Below are positions 23,920-36,276 of a stretch of 47,776 nt of DNA, piece by piece (position 1 is the stretch's first letter; every line of letters begins with the position of its first letter). The position numbers and the translations under genes were made by a program. Below the pieces are notes generated by a model. That model was given only the letters and a program-made list of their open reading frames with translations. It had not been told where the DNA came from and did no database searches. This stretch comes from Thelocarpon superellum (Eukaryota), in the NCBI GenBank assembly GCA_026025795.1, contig JAPEUG010000099.1, positions 1-47,776 on the forward strand. Reading direction: 5' to 3'.

Positions 23920-25232
23920 GGCGAGGTCGACGTGAACGGAGCGAGGATCGTTGCTCACGCGGCGGCGCGAACGAGCGATCAGGCAGGCGAGGAGGTGAAG
24001 GGATCGATTGGTTCGGCGGGCGTGGTTGGCAACAGCGGAGCCTGTTTGTGGATGAGGATTGGTAGGTTTGCCGATTCGTGCTGGTGCTTGGGAAGTTCTG
24101 AACAGTCCACTGGTGTTGGTGGTGATGGACCAGGCAAGCGAGAAATGCTAATTTCTTGGGCGTGACAGGCGTGGCGCGGCGTGGCGAGGCGCGAACTCTT
24201 CGGTGTGCAAATACAGGATGGGATGGTGGATGCTGGTCCTACTACTGTACAAGTGTGGAGGAGTGACCGTGCTGGCCCAGCGTGAATGGGGGATGAGCTG
24301 TGATGGGCGGTGAAGGCGGTCATGCAAGACTCAGGCAAGGGCAGCGCCCATGCAATGCGTAAATGGAGGAGGTTGATGGTCTGGGTGAGGGCGACGAGGG
24401 TGACGAGGGTGGATATCGGTGTTTTTTTTCCTGCATAGGATTGTCGAGATCTCACCAACAGCATTGCAACTCACGCTGGCCTGTACTACGTGGACTACTC
24501 ACGTAGTGTACGCTGGGCTCCGACTATGGAAGACACCTCTGTACCTTACCGCACAACGCAGCTAGCTACCTAGTCTGATCACTGTCGGGATTCGACCCTA
24601 CTGGGAGACTTGTCCAGGCAGATTCCCGCTGTATCGCCCACGTACTCTATACGCTTGCGTACGCCTAGACCTGCGCCCACGAGCACCGATTAATCCCCCC
24701 CATACAGTCGCTGTCCAAATCCGCCAGTGGCCAGATCGAGCCGTGCAGGGCTTTTGCGAGGCTTTGCAAGGCTTGGCGAGGCTTTGTGTGTCTCGGTACT
24801 GGCGATACCGTTACGTCGTACCCGTTGCACCAGCCGCGCGGTTTACCATCTTTGGATCTTCCCCGCACGCCTCATTCTTTGAGCTTTGACCACTCTAGCT
24901 GGAGGACCCGCGGCAGAGATCTTAGCCATGGGCACGACGTACCGCCAGGCCAGATCTCTTTGACATCAGCTGTGACTTTGGCGCCGATGGCACTTACGGT
25001 CTGTTTCTCGTGGAGAATGCCCTGATGGCGGCTGGTAAGACCTATCGAAAGTGCTGCCGTCCTCCTCGCCTGCACCAATCAATTGCGTTGCGGACTGGTT
25101 CTTCGTCAAACCGCACACGCGGACAACATCGGGCCGGCCAAGTCTGCTGGACAATCGTATTGGTGGGCGCCTACGTGAACGGTCTTTAGTAGAGTCCCTT
25201 TTCGGAAATCACAGCAAACGGCTTCTTAAAGA

Positions 25233-25274
25233 CGTGAGCCCGAGAGCCGACGTGAGCCCGAGCGTGAGCCCGAG
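25233..25274. repeat. Three copies of the 12-mer CGTGAGCCCGAG
   Basis: Copies at 25233-25244, 25251-25262 and 25263-25274, in the SMY2/EGT2 divergent intergenic region. Confidence 0.85.
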
Positions 25275-25667
25275 TTATTGGTGGCAGCCTCGCTCAATTC
25301 AAATGGCATGACCAAGTAACATATCATTACGCGGTGGCTTGGACCCAATCTATGGGTGCCATCGAAGGACGGGAGGATCAACAGTGCACGCACCGTGGCA
25401 CCTACGAGTATGGCCAGCCACCGCGCCCTTTGGCAACCGACGTCGCCAGGCGGATAGACGCGGCTCCTCCAAAAGCCTCCAAAAGCCTCCCCCACCACTA
25501 GCCGCGCATGGCACCTCAACGCCATCCGACAGACCAAGCCAGTCGTGCAAGATGCATCCGTTCCCCTCAGTCGATAGATACATTTCCAAAGGATGGATGC
25601 TCTGATTGATCTAGGCCAGTACCTGATAGATGCGTTGAAAGCTGTCCATCGTCAAATTACTCAGGCC

Positions 25668-27207
25668 ATGTCCCTCACAAACGGCACTCCAGACGAACAA
25701 ACGGGGCCCGTCCAACTCGGGCATGACCTGCGCAAGCATTTCTTGTTCGATGACAAATATATCAACCTGAATCATGGTAGAATGCCTAGCCTCCCTCAAT
25801 GGCCATGGAGCTAAGTGAGTGGCCCTGTGAACAGGCTCTTTTGGGACCTATCCGGCACCAGTCCTTCACGCGCTGCAGCGGTATCAAGTTCTCTGCGAGA
25901 AGCGGCCCGACCCGTTCATTCGATACACCTACCCAGCAGATTTGGATCGGTCTCGCGCCGATCTAGCTTCCCTGCTCCATGTGCCCGTCGAGGAGGTGGT
26001 GCTGGTGCCGAATGCCACCACTGGAGTCAATACAGTCCTCCGAAGTTTGACTTATCAGGCGGGCGAGAAGATCATCTACTTCAGCACGACGTACGGTGCT
26101 TGTGAGAAGACAGTGGACTATATTTGCGAGACGACACCGGCCGAGGGGATCAAGCTCGAGCTGAAGTATCCGCTCAGCGATGATGCCCTGGTCGACTCAT
26201 TCCGAGCGGCCATCAAGCAGGAATACCAAGGCGGAAAGACGACGGTAAAGGTGGCCATCATTGATACCATCGTCGCTCTACCTGGCGTCCACATGCCATA
26301 TCAGCGACTGGTTCAGGTGTGTCGAGAAGAAGGGGTGTTGAGTCTCGTTGACGGCGCTCATGGTGTTGGACACATTTATCTTGACCTTGGACAGCTGAAT
26401 GCAGATTTTTTCCTGAGTAACTGTCACAAGTACGTCTCACCGACCCTCTATCCGTATTGTTGCTAAATGCCAGAAAGGTGGCTCTTTGTGCCTCGAGGCT
26501 GTGCCCTCTTCCACGTCCCAAGGCGGAATCAGGTACTGATACGATCTGCACTCCCTACCTCTCACGGATTCATTCCAAAACCGCCAGCACCAGGAGAGCC
26601 GGTCAAAGAGATCTTCAATCCAATGCCATCGTCGTCGACTTCCAAATCGGCCTACGTCACGCAGTTTGAGTTCGTTGGCACGATTGACAACGGGCCTTAT
26701 CTCTGCGTCCCCGATGCGCTAGCCTTTCGTCGGGATATCTGTGGTGGCGAGGACCGCATCAGGGAGTACTGCATCCGTCTTGCGAAAGAGGGAGGTGATC
26801 TTGCTGCAGACATCCTCGGCACTGACGTGCTCGAGAACGCGGAGAAAAGCCTGCGGAACTGCAGCTTTGCTAATGTCCGGCTGCCCCTGGCCATCTCCTC
26901 CTCCCCTGACCAAGCCATCGGAAGCGAGATCCCCGCCCAAGACCTCCCCCAACTGTGCGTCTACCTCTCTCGACACCTGGTCTATGAGTCCAACACTTTT
27001 CTCGCCTTCTTCTGGCATGCAAACACGCTATACGCACGCTTCTCGGCCCAGGTCTACCTCAATGAGAGCGATTTCCAATATGGCGCGCATGCCGTCAAGC
27101 GGCTCTGTGAGCGAATTGCCAAGACACGGAGCAATGGACAGCCCGTGTATCTAGCTGAGGTTGGTGACGAGCTTGGTCATGGGCTACTTGGCCTTGAACT
27201 CCTTTGA
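25668..27207 (+). CDS. egt2: PLP-dependent class V aminotransferase-fold C-S lyase, hercynylcysteine sulfoxide lyase (ergothioneine biosynthesis), ~477 aa
   Basis: Introns 25777-25834 and 26430-26477. Motifs NLNHGSFGTYP, PNATTGVN, VDGAHG, SNCHKW (PLP lysine) and PTSHG. An alternative in-frame ATG lies at 25593. Confidence 0.85.
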
Positions 27208-27943
27208 TCTCACGGAAGACTTGGATGGTTGATCGGCATCGATCTCTTCGAAAACGATTAGACATTTTGGATTATGTTCATGGTCGATCGCTTCAAGAAA
27301 GAGTCCGATAACGTATGCTGGAGCAGCCTGTGGGCAGCTTGACCAGGTCACGAAACATCATTCGCAGCCGGCTCGATTCTCGAATACATCAAGTCACGTG
27401 CCTAAATCATCCCCTATCAAGTTAGAATCAAAAAGGTCTTACTAATTCCACCAGTATGCTCTCGAGTCTTTTCTCGCATAGTTCTGACTTAGTCCGGAGT
27501 TAAAAGTGCCATTACTTCCGGATCCTTGCCGAGGCCGAACTGCTCTCCCACACTCTCTGGCGATGGCCTGCTCTACGTGGCCCTTGCCGGGTCTACAGTA
27601 TCCCACGGAATTCATTCTAGCAGCTCTCTCGGAGCCCGGAATGTTCTTTTCCCGATGGATAGACATCCCCCCGAGGGAGGAACATAGTCTTTAGATTCGG
27701 CACACGATCCGACGAAGTCCGGACGCAAACTAGCTCATCACTAGCACGACGCATCATGCACTCACATCTTCAATTCGATTCCGAGTACTCTCTATACTCC
27801 TCCATAAGACCCCCTTTCCGGTGGATATGGCAAGGATATCTTCAGCTCAGCTCTCGTAACCGTCTGTGGCCAATTCAATCTCTAATCTTTCCATAAATCA
27901 TCATATTCTCCCCAAGACCAAAGGAACGAACCATCCACCCCGC

Positions 27944-29002
27944 ATGGCTTCAGCTCGATCAGGCCAGCATCTCGCGGCCATTCTCCGCTCCAAGGGTTCC
28001 CACCTGGACGTCACACACCGCCCAACTCCGACTCCAGGACCCAACGAGATCCTCGTCGCGCCCAGATCCATCGCCATCAATCCCATCGACTACTTTCAGC
28101 GCGAGACGGGCTACGTCATCGACACTTACCCCACGGTCGTCGGGTCCGACATCGGCGGCACCGTCGTCTCGACTGGGCCCTCTGTGCCCGCTGAGATGTT
28201 CAAGCCCGGGACGAGAATCGCCGCGTTCGCACCCTGCTTCTTCAAGCGTGGCGACCCGGACTACGGTGCCTTCCAGGCGCGCGTGCTCGTCCCGTCCGTC
28301 AGCGCCGTGCCAATCCCCGAAGGAATGAGCTTCACCGAGGCTAGCTTGCTTCCCATGGCCATCGTGACGGCCTGGGCCGGCCTCTATTCCATCGGCGTGC
28401 CACTCGACCCCGCCTACACCGCCGCAGACAAGAAGGGCATTTTGGTGTGGGGTGGATCGAGCAGCGTCGGCAGCACGACGGTCCAGGTGGCTCGGCTGCT
28501 AGGCTACCACGTCTACGCCACGGCGAGCGAGAAGCACCACGCGTACATCGAGGAGCTAGGCGCGCACCGGACGTTCGACTACAAGCGCGACGACGTGGTC
28601 GCGAGCATCGTGCAGGCAGCCAAGGAGGACGGTGTGGCGCTCCAGACAGGCTATAACGCCGTGGGCGCGCTCCGGCAATGTCTGGACGTGTTGAAGGAAT
28701 TCAAGGGCTCGTCGTCGGCAGGCTCGCTCAAGATTGCCTCGGCCACGCGCATCCCCGACCCTGCTCCCGTGGAGGAGGGCATCGAGGTGAAGTTTGTGTC
28801 GTCCCCGAAGGACGCCGATGAGCGTGCCGACTTTAGCCGCTTTGTCTTCCACACCTGGCTCCAGGGGAAGCTGGCCTCGCGCGAATTCGTTCCCAGTCCC
28901 AAGATTCAGCTCGTTGATGGAGGACTTGAGGGGCTCAACAACGCGCTGGATCTGTGGAAGAAGGGCGTGAGCGGCACCAAGCTTGTGGTTGAAGTCGATT
29001 AG
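27944..29002 (+). CDS. Medium-chain dehydrogenase/reductase (enoyl-reductase-like MDR), 352 aa
   Basis: Intronless. Motifs AINPIDY, YPTVVGSDIGG, GAFQ, LVWGGSSSVG, TAS..H and GVSGTKLVV. Confidence 0.9.
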   Translation: MASARSGQHLAAILRSKGSHLDVTHRPTPTPGPNEILVAPRSIAINPIDYFQRETGYVIDTYPTVVGSDIGGTVVSTGPSVPAEMFKPGTRIAAFAPCFFKRGDPDYGAFQARVLVPSVSAVPIPEGMSFTEASLLPMAIVTAWAGLYSIGVPLDPAYTAADKKGILVWGGSSSVGSTTVQVARLLGYHVYATASEKHHAYIEELGAHRTFDYKRDDVVASIVQAAKEDGVALQTGYNAVGALRQCLDVLKEFKGSSSAGSLKIASATRIPDPAPVEEGIEVKFVSSPKDADERADFSRFVFHTWLQGKLASREFVPSPKIQLVDGGLEGLNNALDLWKKGVSGTKLVVEVD

Positions 29003-29136
29003 GCAGCTAGCGCGAAGTGAAACAAGAGCACCTCTTTACGAAGAAGGTCGAGACCGGGGTAGTAATTCAAGGAGATTCGTAAGTACATGATGAAGGAAAG
29101 GTCAAAACTGAAGGTCAAGGCGAGAAAAGGCATGGC

Positions 29137-30019
29137 TCAATACGTCAGACTGATGTGTTTACCCTCCCACCGCGGCTCATCCACCACGCCCTTCCCGCCA
29201 GAGATCAGGCATTCCTCGAAGATCCACTTACCCACGTCGGCGCGCGAGACAGTGTACCCGATGGCGGGCTTTCCGCCGTCTTCTTCCCAGCCGACGCGGA
29301 TCTTGGCAAGGCCTTTGGCCGCGCCGCCGACCAGCAGGCTCGGCCGGATGACAATGGTCTCGCGGATGAGACTGCTGGATTCCTGCGCTGTGTTCTCGAG
29401 CACCGTCTCCATGGCACGGTTGTCGGCGAGCGGTACGGCCAGCAGCCAGTGGTATAGCGGCATCATCAGGATGGGCATGTCGCGGCCGAGTCGGCTGATG
29501 CCCGCCGTGCTGAGGGCGATGATGGTCGGTTTGAACAGCGGCGCGGTGCTGGTGGGTAGCACGGCGCCCAGGGCCCGCAGAATCGTCGTGATGGTGTCTT
29601 GGCAGACGCGTGGATCCGCCGACGTCACTGGAGCGAGCGGGTTGCCACTGAATTTCAGTGCGCCCCTGACCCCCGACACAATGGTGCGTACCACCGGGCC
29701 GGTGATACTAGGTCGGAGAGTGGCTTTGACGGCGTGGATGTCTGTGACGTTCCCCGTTGTGACGGTGAGGCAGCCACTCTGAACGTCATGCGGCACGTCC
29801 AGATCATTGAGGATCTTGGTGAGCTTCGATGCATCTCGAACCACTGAAGCAGGCGGTGAGTCGTAAAGGGATGGGAAAGAGATGGGAGGGAGGGTGTCAC
29901 GCACGGGCGGTACAGTGGTAGCCCGCGCGTAAGCTTTGAGCTAACACCGTCGACGTGCACCCACCGGTGGCGCCGAAAAAGGCAATGACCGGATCATTGC
30001 CCCGTGGTGAAGATGCCAT
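29137..30019 (-). CDS. NAD(P)H-binding Rossmann-fold oxidoreductase (NAD_binding_10/flavin-reductase-like), ~273 aa
   Basis: ATG 30019; exon 1 has IAFFGATGGC; intron 29904-29844 (GTGCGT..CTCAC..CAG). Downstream motifs IRPSLL and GYTVSRADVG. Confidence 0.85.
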
Positions 30020-30883
30020 GATCTGGGAAGTGGTGGAAATGGAAGGTGAAAGATGGAAAGAAATGGACAACACAAGGAGCAGTAGTCAATTATTTCAGAC
30101 GTCACTCGACAGACGTTACCACCGACTGAATCGCCTCGGTCTCGAGGTACTTGGATACAGAAGGGCCACCTCAGCTCGCGCGGTCTCTTATACCACCTAG
30201 GGCGGCAGGAATCGAGCCATGCGTACTCGTACATTGCCCCAGTGTGCGGCGTGGCAGGAATACGGCGATGCTCCGGAGCCACCAACCATCCAGAGAGATT
30301 GCTACCAGCAGGTCGGTCGTAGATGTGCCGTGTGGCTCGACCATGGTTGAGCTATTAAGCTCGAGCCGAGTGGACGGAGGGCGGACAACGGGTGGCGGAC
30401 CCCGATGACAGCTCAAGTGTGTCATGCCCAAGTGCCGGAAGTCAATCTCCCCTCGGCCGTAGGGCGAGTAGCGGAGAGTAGTGGCCCGGGCCCGGCGTAA
30501 CAACGGCACACACCTTTCCTTGGCCGGTCTAGCGCACCAATTGGTCCCTCCGATCTGGTTCATGCTGCATACCTCCGTATGCGATCAGAACCAACGATCA
30601 GCACGTACGCACCTCCGTCGGCTCAACTCCCAGGTACGAGTAGGAACGCAGCTGCTACCGAGCAGCAGTGATGTTGACCCTCCCACACCGATAGGTCCAG
30701 GAAAGCATTCAAACGACAGAACACGACGCCATTCGGGGCCGGTCCATCGCATCTGATCCTTCGGCCTCGGGTCTCCCGTCCCTACCTCAGGTCTCTCCTC
30801 GGCCCATGCCCGCCGCCTCCACCATTCATGCGCGCACACACCCTCCTCTTCGACCACGCGCAGGTCGGACTTTCACAGCGTCG

Positions 30884-31975
30884 ATGCCGCTGCCGCTCAT
30901 CACTAGCACCGTGCGAGTCACGCGACGGCTTCCTCACGTCTACCGTCCAGCCCACACCGCTGCCTCGTTCGCCTCCTCCACCTTCCCCCGCGCCACCCCC
31001 GCGCTCATTGGCCGCGCCGGCCGCTTCACCCTCGGCCTACTCACCTGGCTACCTATTTGGATCTTCGTCCGCAACCACGTCGTCAACACTTTCAGTGTCA
31101 ATGGCTCATCCATGCAGCCCTTGCTCTCGCCCGACTTTAGCGCCACCGGGGAGCGCGACGAGGTGCTTGCGTCCATGTGGCAACCGGCCGTGGGGCTGGA
31201 ACGAGGCATGATCGTGGCTTTTTGGTATGTGTTCCGCACCCTGGCTCCTCGTGTCATGCCCGCGTGCCGACCAACAAACACACATGGCTCGGCACTGCGG
31301 GCAGTGTGTGCCTCAGCGGGTCTGGGGAGGCCTGCAGAACCGTGAACGTACATCTGCGGATCTATGATCATGGGTCGATCACCGTGAAAACCAATCAATC
31401 GTCACTAACGCGGTGATGGACGAGACACAGTACCCCCCACGACCCGGAGCGCACGAGCATCAAGCGCGTGGTAGCGCTGGAAGGCGACGTGGTCCGGCCT
31501 AGGAACCCCGCGTACCCCGGGGTCTGCGAGGTGGTAGTGCCAGCGGGACACGTCTGGGTCGAGGGCTCCGACGGCTTCCGGAGCATCGACAGTAATGATT
31601 TTGGCCCCGTGCGTATTTCCACCTTCCACCTTGACCTCGACCATCGTGCATCCTCCACCACTGCCGAACTTCCGCCTGGCATGGCATGGTCCATGCTCCG
31701 CCGCCCGCTCTCCCACACGCTCTTCTCTTCCTAACATCCTGTGTCCTATCCCCTATGTCCGAGACAAACATGCAACGCGGACCCCTTTCCTAAGTCCGTG
31801 ACCGACTTGCTAATGTGCCTCCCCCCCATAGCTATCAATGAGCCTGGTCGTCGCTCGCGCAACCCACATCGTCTGGCCGTTGGCTCGAATGGGGCCTATT
31901 CCGTGGCAGGAATGGCGGGGGGATGCGCGTGTTACTGTGCGAGATGTACAGCGACCCTTGCTGTGGGATGAATGA
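30884..31975 (+). CDS. IMP2: Mitochondrial inner membrane peptidase subunit (peptidase S26), Imp2-like, ~220 aa
   Basis: Catalytic Ser in VNGSSMQP and Lys in IKRVVALEGD; also VPAGHVWVEG and DSNDFGP. Introns 31225-31430 and 31609-31831. Confidence 0.85.
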
Positions 31976-32046
31976 AGGAAGGGAGGAATGATTCTCGTCC
32001 ACCTGGCCAGCACGCCTCCATGACAAACCACAGGACAAGAATCGGC

Positions 32047-35000
32047 CTACTCCGAAACGACACGAAAGTTCTCGCTCTGCTGCAGCCGTTCAATTTCCAG
32101 CCCGATGCTCAAGACCCAATGGTCGCGCTCGGCCCGGCTGCGCGTCTTGAACACCACGGACCGCCCCGTTGCGCCTAGCTGACTAACTTGTTTCAGGCGT
32201 CTGCGGCGTCGTCCTTCCCTTTCCCCTTCTTCACTGCCATCCACGCCTCCGGGTAAATGCCCGTGCCCGTGCCCACGACCACCCTGGTCCTGGTCCTGGT
32301 CCTGGTCCTCGTCGGCGCGGAAAAAGGATTTCCGGTTACTCCGCCAGATGACGAAACACGTCATGATGTCTTCGTCTGACGACGTCCACCCGTCCTCCGG
32401 ATAGATGCGAGGCAGCGCATGACGGCCTGGATGGTTGCTGTCGAACGTCTGGCTTTGCATCAGCAGATCGCTCTCCGTCACCAAGCCCGAGTAGACGTAG
32501 CAGTCCTTGAGGTCGATGACGCTGTGCCGGTCGTGGTGGCTATATGGCACTTCCTTGCCCGTGCGTGTCCGCACCGAGTGCTCGAAGAGGAGCAGGTGGC
32601 CGTGGCACAGAATCACGTTGAACCGCCGGAAGGTGGCGTATCGGCGCGGCTTGCGGAATAAGACGCCCGAGATCTATGAAATTGTCAGTCCGCCCTCCGC
32701 TGTCCATGTCGTCGCTCTTCCCCTGCTCCCACTCACCGAAATGGCCCGGCAGATGGAGACGCCGCACATGTTGTACAAGTCGGCCGAGGCGACGGAGCGT
32801 GAGACCTCCCACTTCTGGCCAAATTGGCCGAGGAATGACTCGACGCCTTCGTCGATGTGCAGCCGGTCCAGATTCTGCTGGCGCACCGTCTTGAAGAGCT
32901 CCATGTCTGCCTTCTTCCGCAGCGTCCAGTAGTGGATCAGCTGATTCAAACGCTGGATCCACTCTGTCTTCGTCACGTCGTTGTACGCTTCTAGTCGCAC
33001 GACCAGGCCGTTCTTGAGCACCAGCTCCAAGGTCCGGTCGTCGTCGAACTCGCCCACGACGCCGTCGTCCCGTCGCGAGTCTCGAACCTCCTCGTTGAAG
33101 TCCACCTCATCGCCGTGCTCGACGTGCGCGTCAACCGGTGCGCTGCCGCGGACTACCGGCCGCGCCGTGACCACGTCACATAGATCGACCAAGCCCTCGG
33201 CGTGCAGCAGCAGATTGACCTTGCGCTCGGCTTCGTCAAAAGCGTCTTGATCGAAGGCCTTTCGGTCCGGCGACGGATGACCAGGCCGCAGCCAGCCGAT
33301 CTCACCGTCTTGCAGGGCGTACGGTGCCACGGCGAAGATGAGGGGCATCTTGTCGACAATCTGCCGCGTCGTGGGCAGCTGGTTCTGGCGTAGCATCGGC
33401 AGTTTGGGAGGCGGCGGGGGTACTGCCTTGGCCGGGCGACAGAAGCAGAGATACTGGTCGTGCGTGTAGAAATAGAGCCGTTTGTAGAACAGTCGGCCAA
33501 AGCGCTGGTCGCGGCCTCGCTGTGATGTCAGTCGGATCAAGAAACCCTCGACCGGTGCGGGCTCGACTAGGTCGCGGCCGTCGTGTTCCGGTGCGGTCGT
33601 CGTCTTTACCTCGGTGGGATAGTGCCGTTTGGGTCGCAACTCGAGCTCATGGGTCCGCTGCATGGCCAAGGTGCCGTACATGCGCTGCTCGCGCGCGCCG
33701 TGGATCCACTCGAGTCGGTCGTATCGTTTCCACGCCAGTCCTATCCGCGCCTCGCGAGACCATTTGAGTGCCGTGTCAGCCCACTCGGGGTTCTGGTCGA
33801 GCATGGTCAGACAGCGGCGAATGATGTCGCCCGCCACGGCCTGCTCGGCCTTCATCGTCTGGAGCATGACGTCCACGTCGTCGGTGCGGTCCGTCTCCTC
33901 CCGTCGCTGCTCGAGCTGGGCAAAGACGTCGTCCAGCTGCAGCGTCAGCGCGAGGTCGGGCACGTAGATCTGCAGCTCTTGTGGCAGGGTCCAGCCGACG
34001 GCCGTGCGCAGGAAGGTGTACCACTCCGCCGATGTGGCGGACGACCGTGGTCGTAGCAGGTAGATCATTGTCCCCCGCTTCTCCACCCCCTGCGAGACCA
34101 CCACTGTCTTATCGAGCGCCGAGTAGAAGTTCAGCTTGGCCGACCTTCGGCTCAGCAGGATCTCGTGCGTCGCCCGTTTTCGGACGCTGGTCCGCTGAGT
34201 GGCGGGAATCACCTAGATATGGTCAGCAGCTAGCAGCACCCCACGTGTAATGCGACTTAATGGACGCACGCGACTCTTGTAGAATTGCAAGGTAAAGTCG
34301 GCGTCCTCCTCCACGACCTTGCGGCACACGACGACGTATTCTCGCCACTTCTCGACGAGTCTGGTCTCTGTCTTCATCGCCGCATTCTCGTCATAATCGT
34401 TCGCCACGTCTTGCCTCGTCATGTCGATCCGCACCAGCATCTTGTCCACCTTGACCACTTCCCCGTTCGCTCCACGGACTCGGCGGAATTGTTTGACGGC
34501 CTGTGCGGCCCGCGCCCGCGATAGCCCCGTCCCGGTGTGGGGCTTCTGCTGGGGGCCTTCCTCTGGTAAATTGAAACGGACCAACCCCGGCGACATGGGG
34601 TCCGGTTCGCGGTCCGGGGCGAAGCGACTGGCCGAGGCGCCATCCAAGGCACTCGGGATGTCCACCTGCGGATGCGCTCTTTCTGCCGTCGGCTATCGTC
34701 ACGTTAGCCATGAGAGGTAAGAGGAAGTTCACCGGGCAAGCCCCTACCGGCGCTTTCGTTGGGCCTTGCGGCGCAGGTGTTGGACTGCTCTCACGGCCAA
34801 GTGCCTCCTCCTCCTGCGTCTCGCGGCTCGTGTGCAGCAGCGAGGAACGCGAATCCAGCGTCTGGAGCGGCGTGGGACTCTCCGTCGGGACCGCGTGCCC
34901 GGTGCTGGTCTCAGACACCTCAGTCGACGCCGCCAGCGCCAGGTCCACCAGGCCCGAAGGAGTTTCCGAACGAGGGCGGGTCGTCGAGCCCGCGTGGGTG

Positions 35001-35533
35001 GAGCCGACGTCCGTCGGAGGAAGCAAGTGCGGCGCCTGGGAGCGTGGGGCGGGAATGGCGGGCGGGGCTTCCGTTGTGGCATCCACCGCGGGCGATGCAG
35101 GCCCGTCATCATCAGCACTCTCGGGGTCGTCCAGGTCTTTGGGCTGCGGAAAGCTGGGGCCGAAGCGCGCCGTGGTGCTGGGACCGTCCAAGCCCGTGAT
35201 CTGTCGAAGGTTGGAGATGTTGGCCGTGGTGGAGAAGGTGGAGGCGCGCGACGAGTAGTTGATGTGCAGGTGGTGCCTGTACCAGTCCTTCCGGTGACTC
35301 TTGAGCCATCCTTCAGGAATCGGCCCGATGAAGCATCGACGCGTGGTCAAGTGAAGATGCTTGGGGGTGCCATGTCGCTAGACAAATGAGCGGTCAGATG
35401 GGTTCCCCCAACTGTATCGTTGCTCGCGGGAAGTCCGGAATCTCACCAGACGATGGGCTGTATAGGAGCCCGGTCTCAAGGATAGATCCTCGAGGGAAGC
35501 GTCATCGCTGAAGATGGGCGAAAAGGAGTTCAT
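32047..35533 (-). CDS. SPO71: Sporulation PH-domain protein Spo71/Mug56, ~1080 aa
   Basis: Introns 35446-35378, 34747-34693, 34269-34213 and 32736-32674. Motifs TTRRCFIGPIPEGWL, LAWKRYDRLEW, HELELRPK.HYPT, EGFLIRLTS and FKTRSRAERD.WV. Confidence 0.88.
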
Positions 35534-35787
35534 TTGAGCAACGGTCCCCCGACGCCGGCTTGGATGCACGCAACGCTAACATGCTATACACGATCACGGT
35601 CGTAAGCAAGAGGCTGAATCCCCATGGAATCTGTCACGCTGGCAGTGGCATCGCGAATAACAAGACTAAAGTGCATGTCCCCAGGCCCTGGCCGCCTCGG
35701 TAGTGGTGCAGCTTCCCAGTCCTTGTGACGTCGCTTAGAATTGGAGAGCTGGACAGCTGGACAGCTGACGGCAATGGTCCAGCACGA

Positions 35788-35923
35788 GTACCCGTACCCG
35801 TACCCGTACCCGTACGCCACTCAAGCGAAGAGCCAGTGCCGCATGATGCACGTATGTGACTGAAATTACGGGCAGGGATCGCCGGGATACCCCGCGGCGC
35901 CCGCCCGCGGCGCCCGCCCGCGG
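35788..35923. repeat. (GTACCC)x4 microsatellite and a 13-mer CCCGCGGCGCCCG tandem
   Basis: GTACCC repeats at 35788-35815. The 13-mer is at 35891-35903 and 35904-35916, partial to 35923. Both lie in the SPO71/HET-C2 divergent promoter. Confidence 0.85.
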
Positions 35924-36276
35924 GTCGTGGATGGTGGAGAAAGTAACGTGAGATGATGCACGACTGGACCGACATGGCCAGAACCATCAGACGAGGACCC
36001 ACCTGGATAGAACCCCAAATACTGGTGTCCGTACCCCTCGTACAGCTTTCATTTGCGTGCAGACGTTGTACTCGCACAGCTTCTCGTCTTTCTGCAAGGG
36101 GAAGAGACGACAGCATTCTTCTAGAAGGATTGCAGACCTTCGCATTCGCCATCGCCAGGGTCGGCTGGCCCCGTCTCTCCTCCGATCGCCCACGAAACGG
36201 TGGCCATCACTCCGTCAACCAACTTCCAATCAGCCACGGACACGCTCGGCGATTCTCACTCTCGGCATTCGTCAAG

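Noticed and set aside
24587..24598. B-box-like GGGTCGAATCCC on the minus strand (tRNA or SINE)
   Set aside because: No A-box, acceptor stem or cloverleaf could be built.
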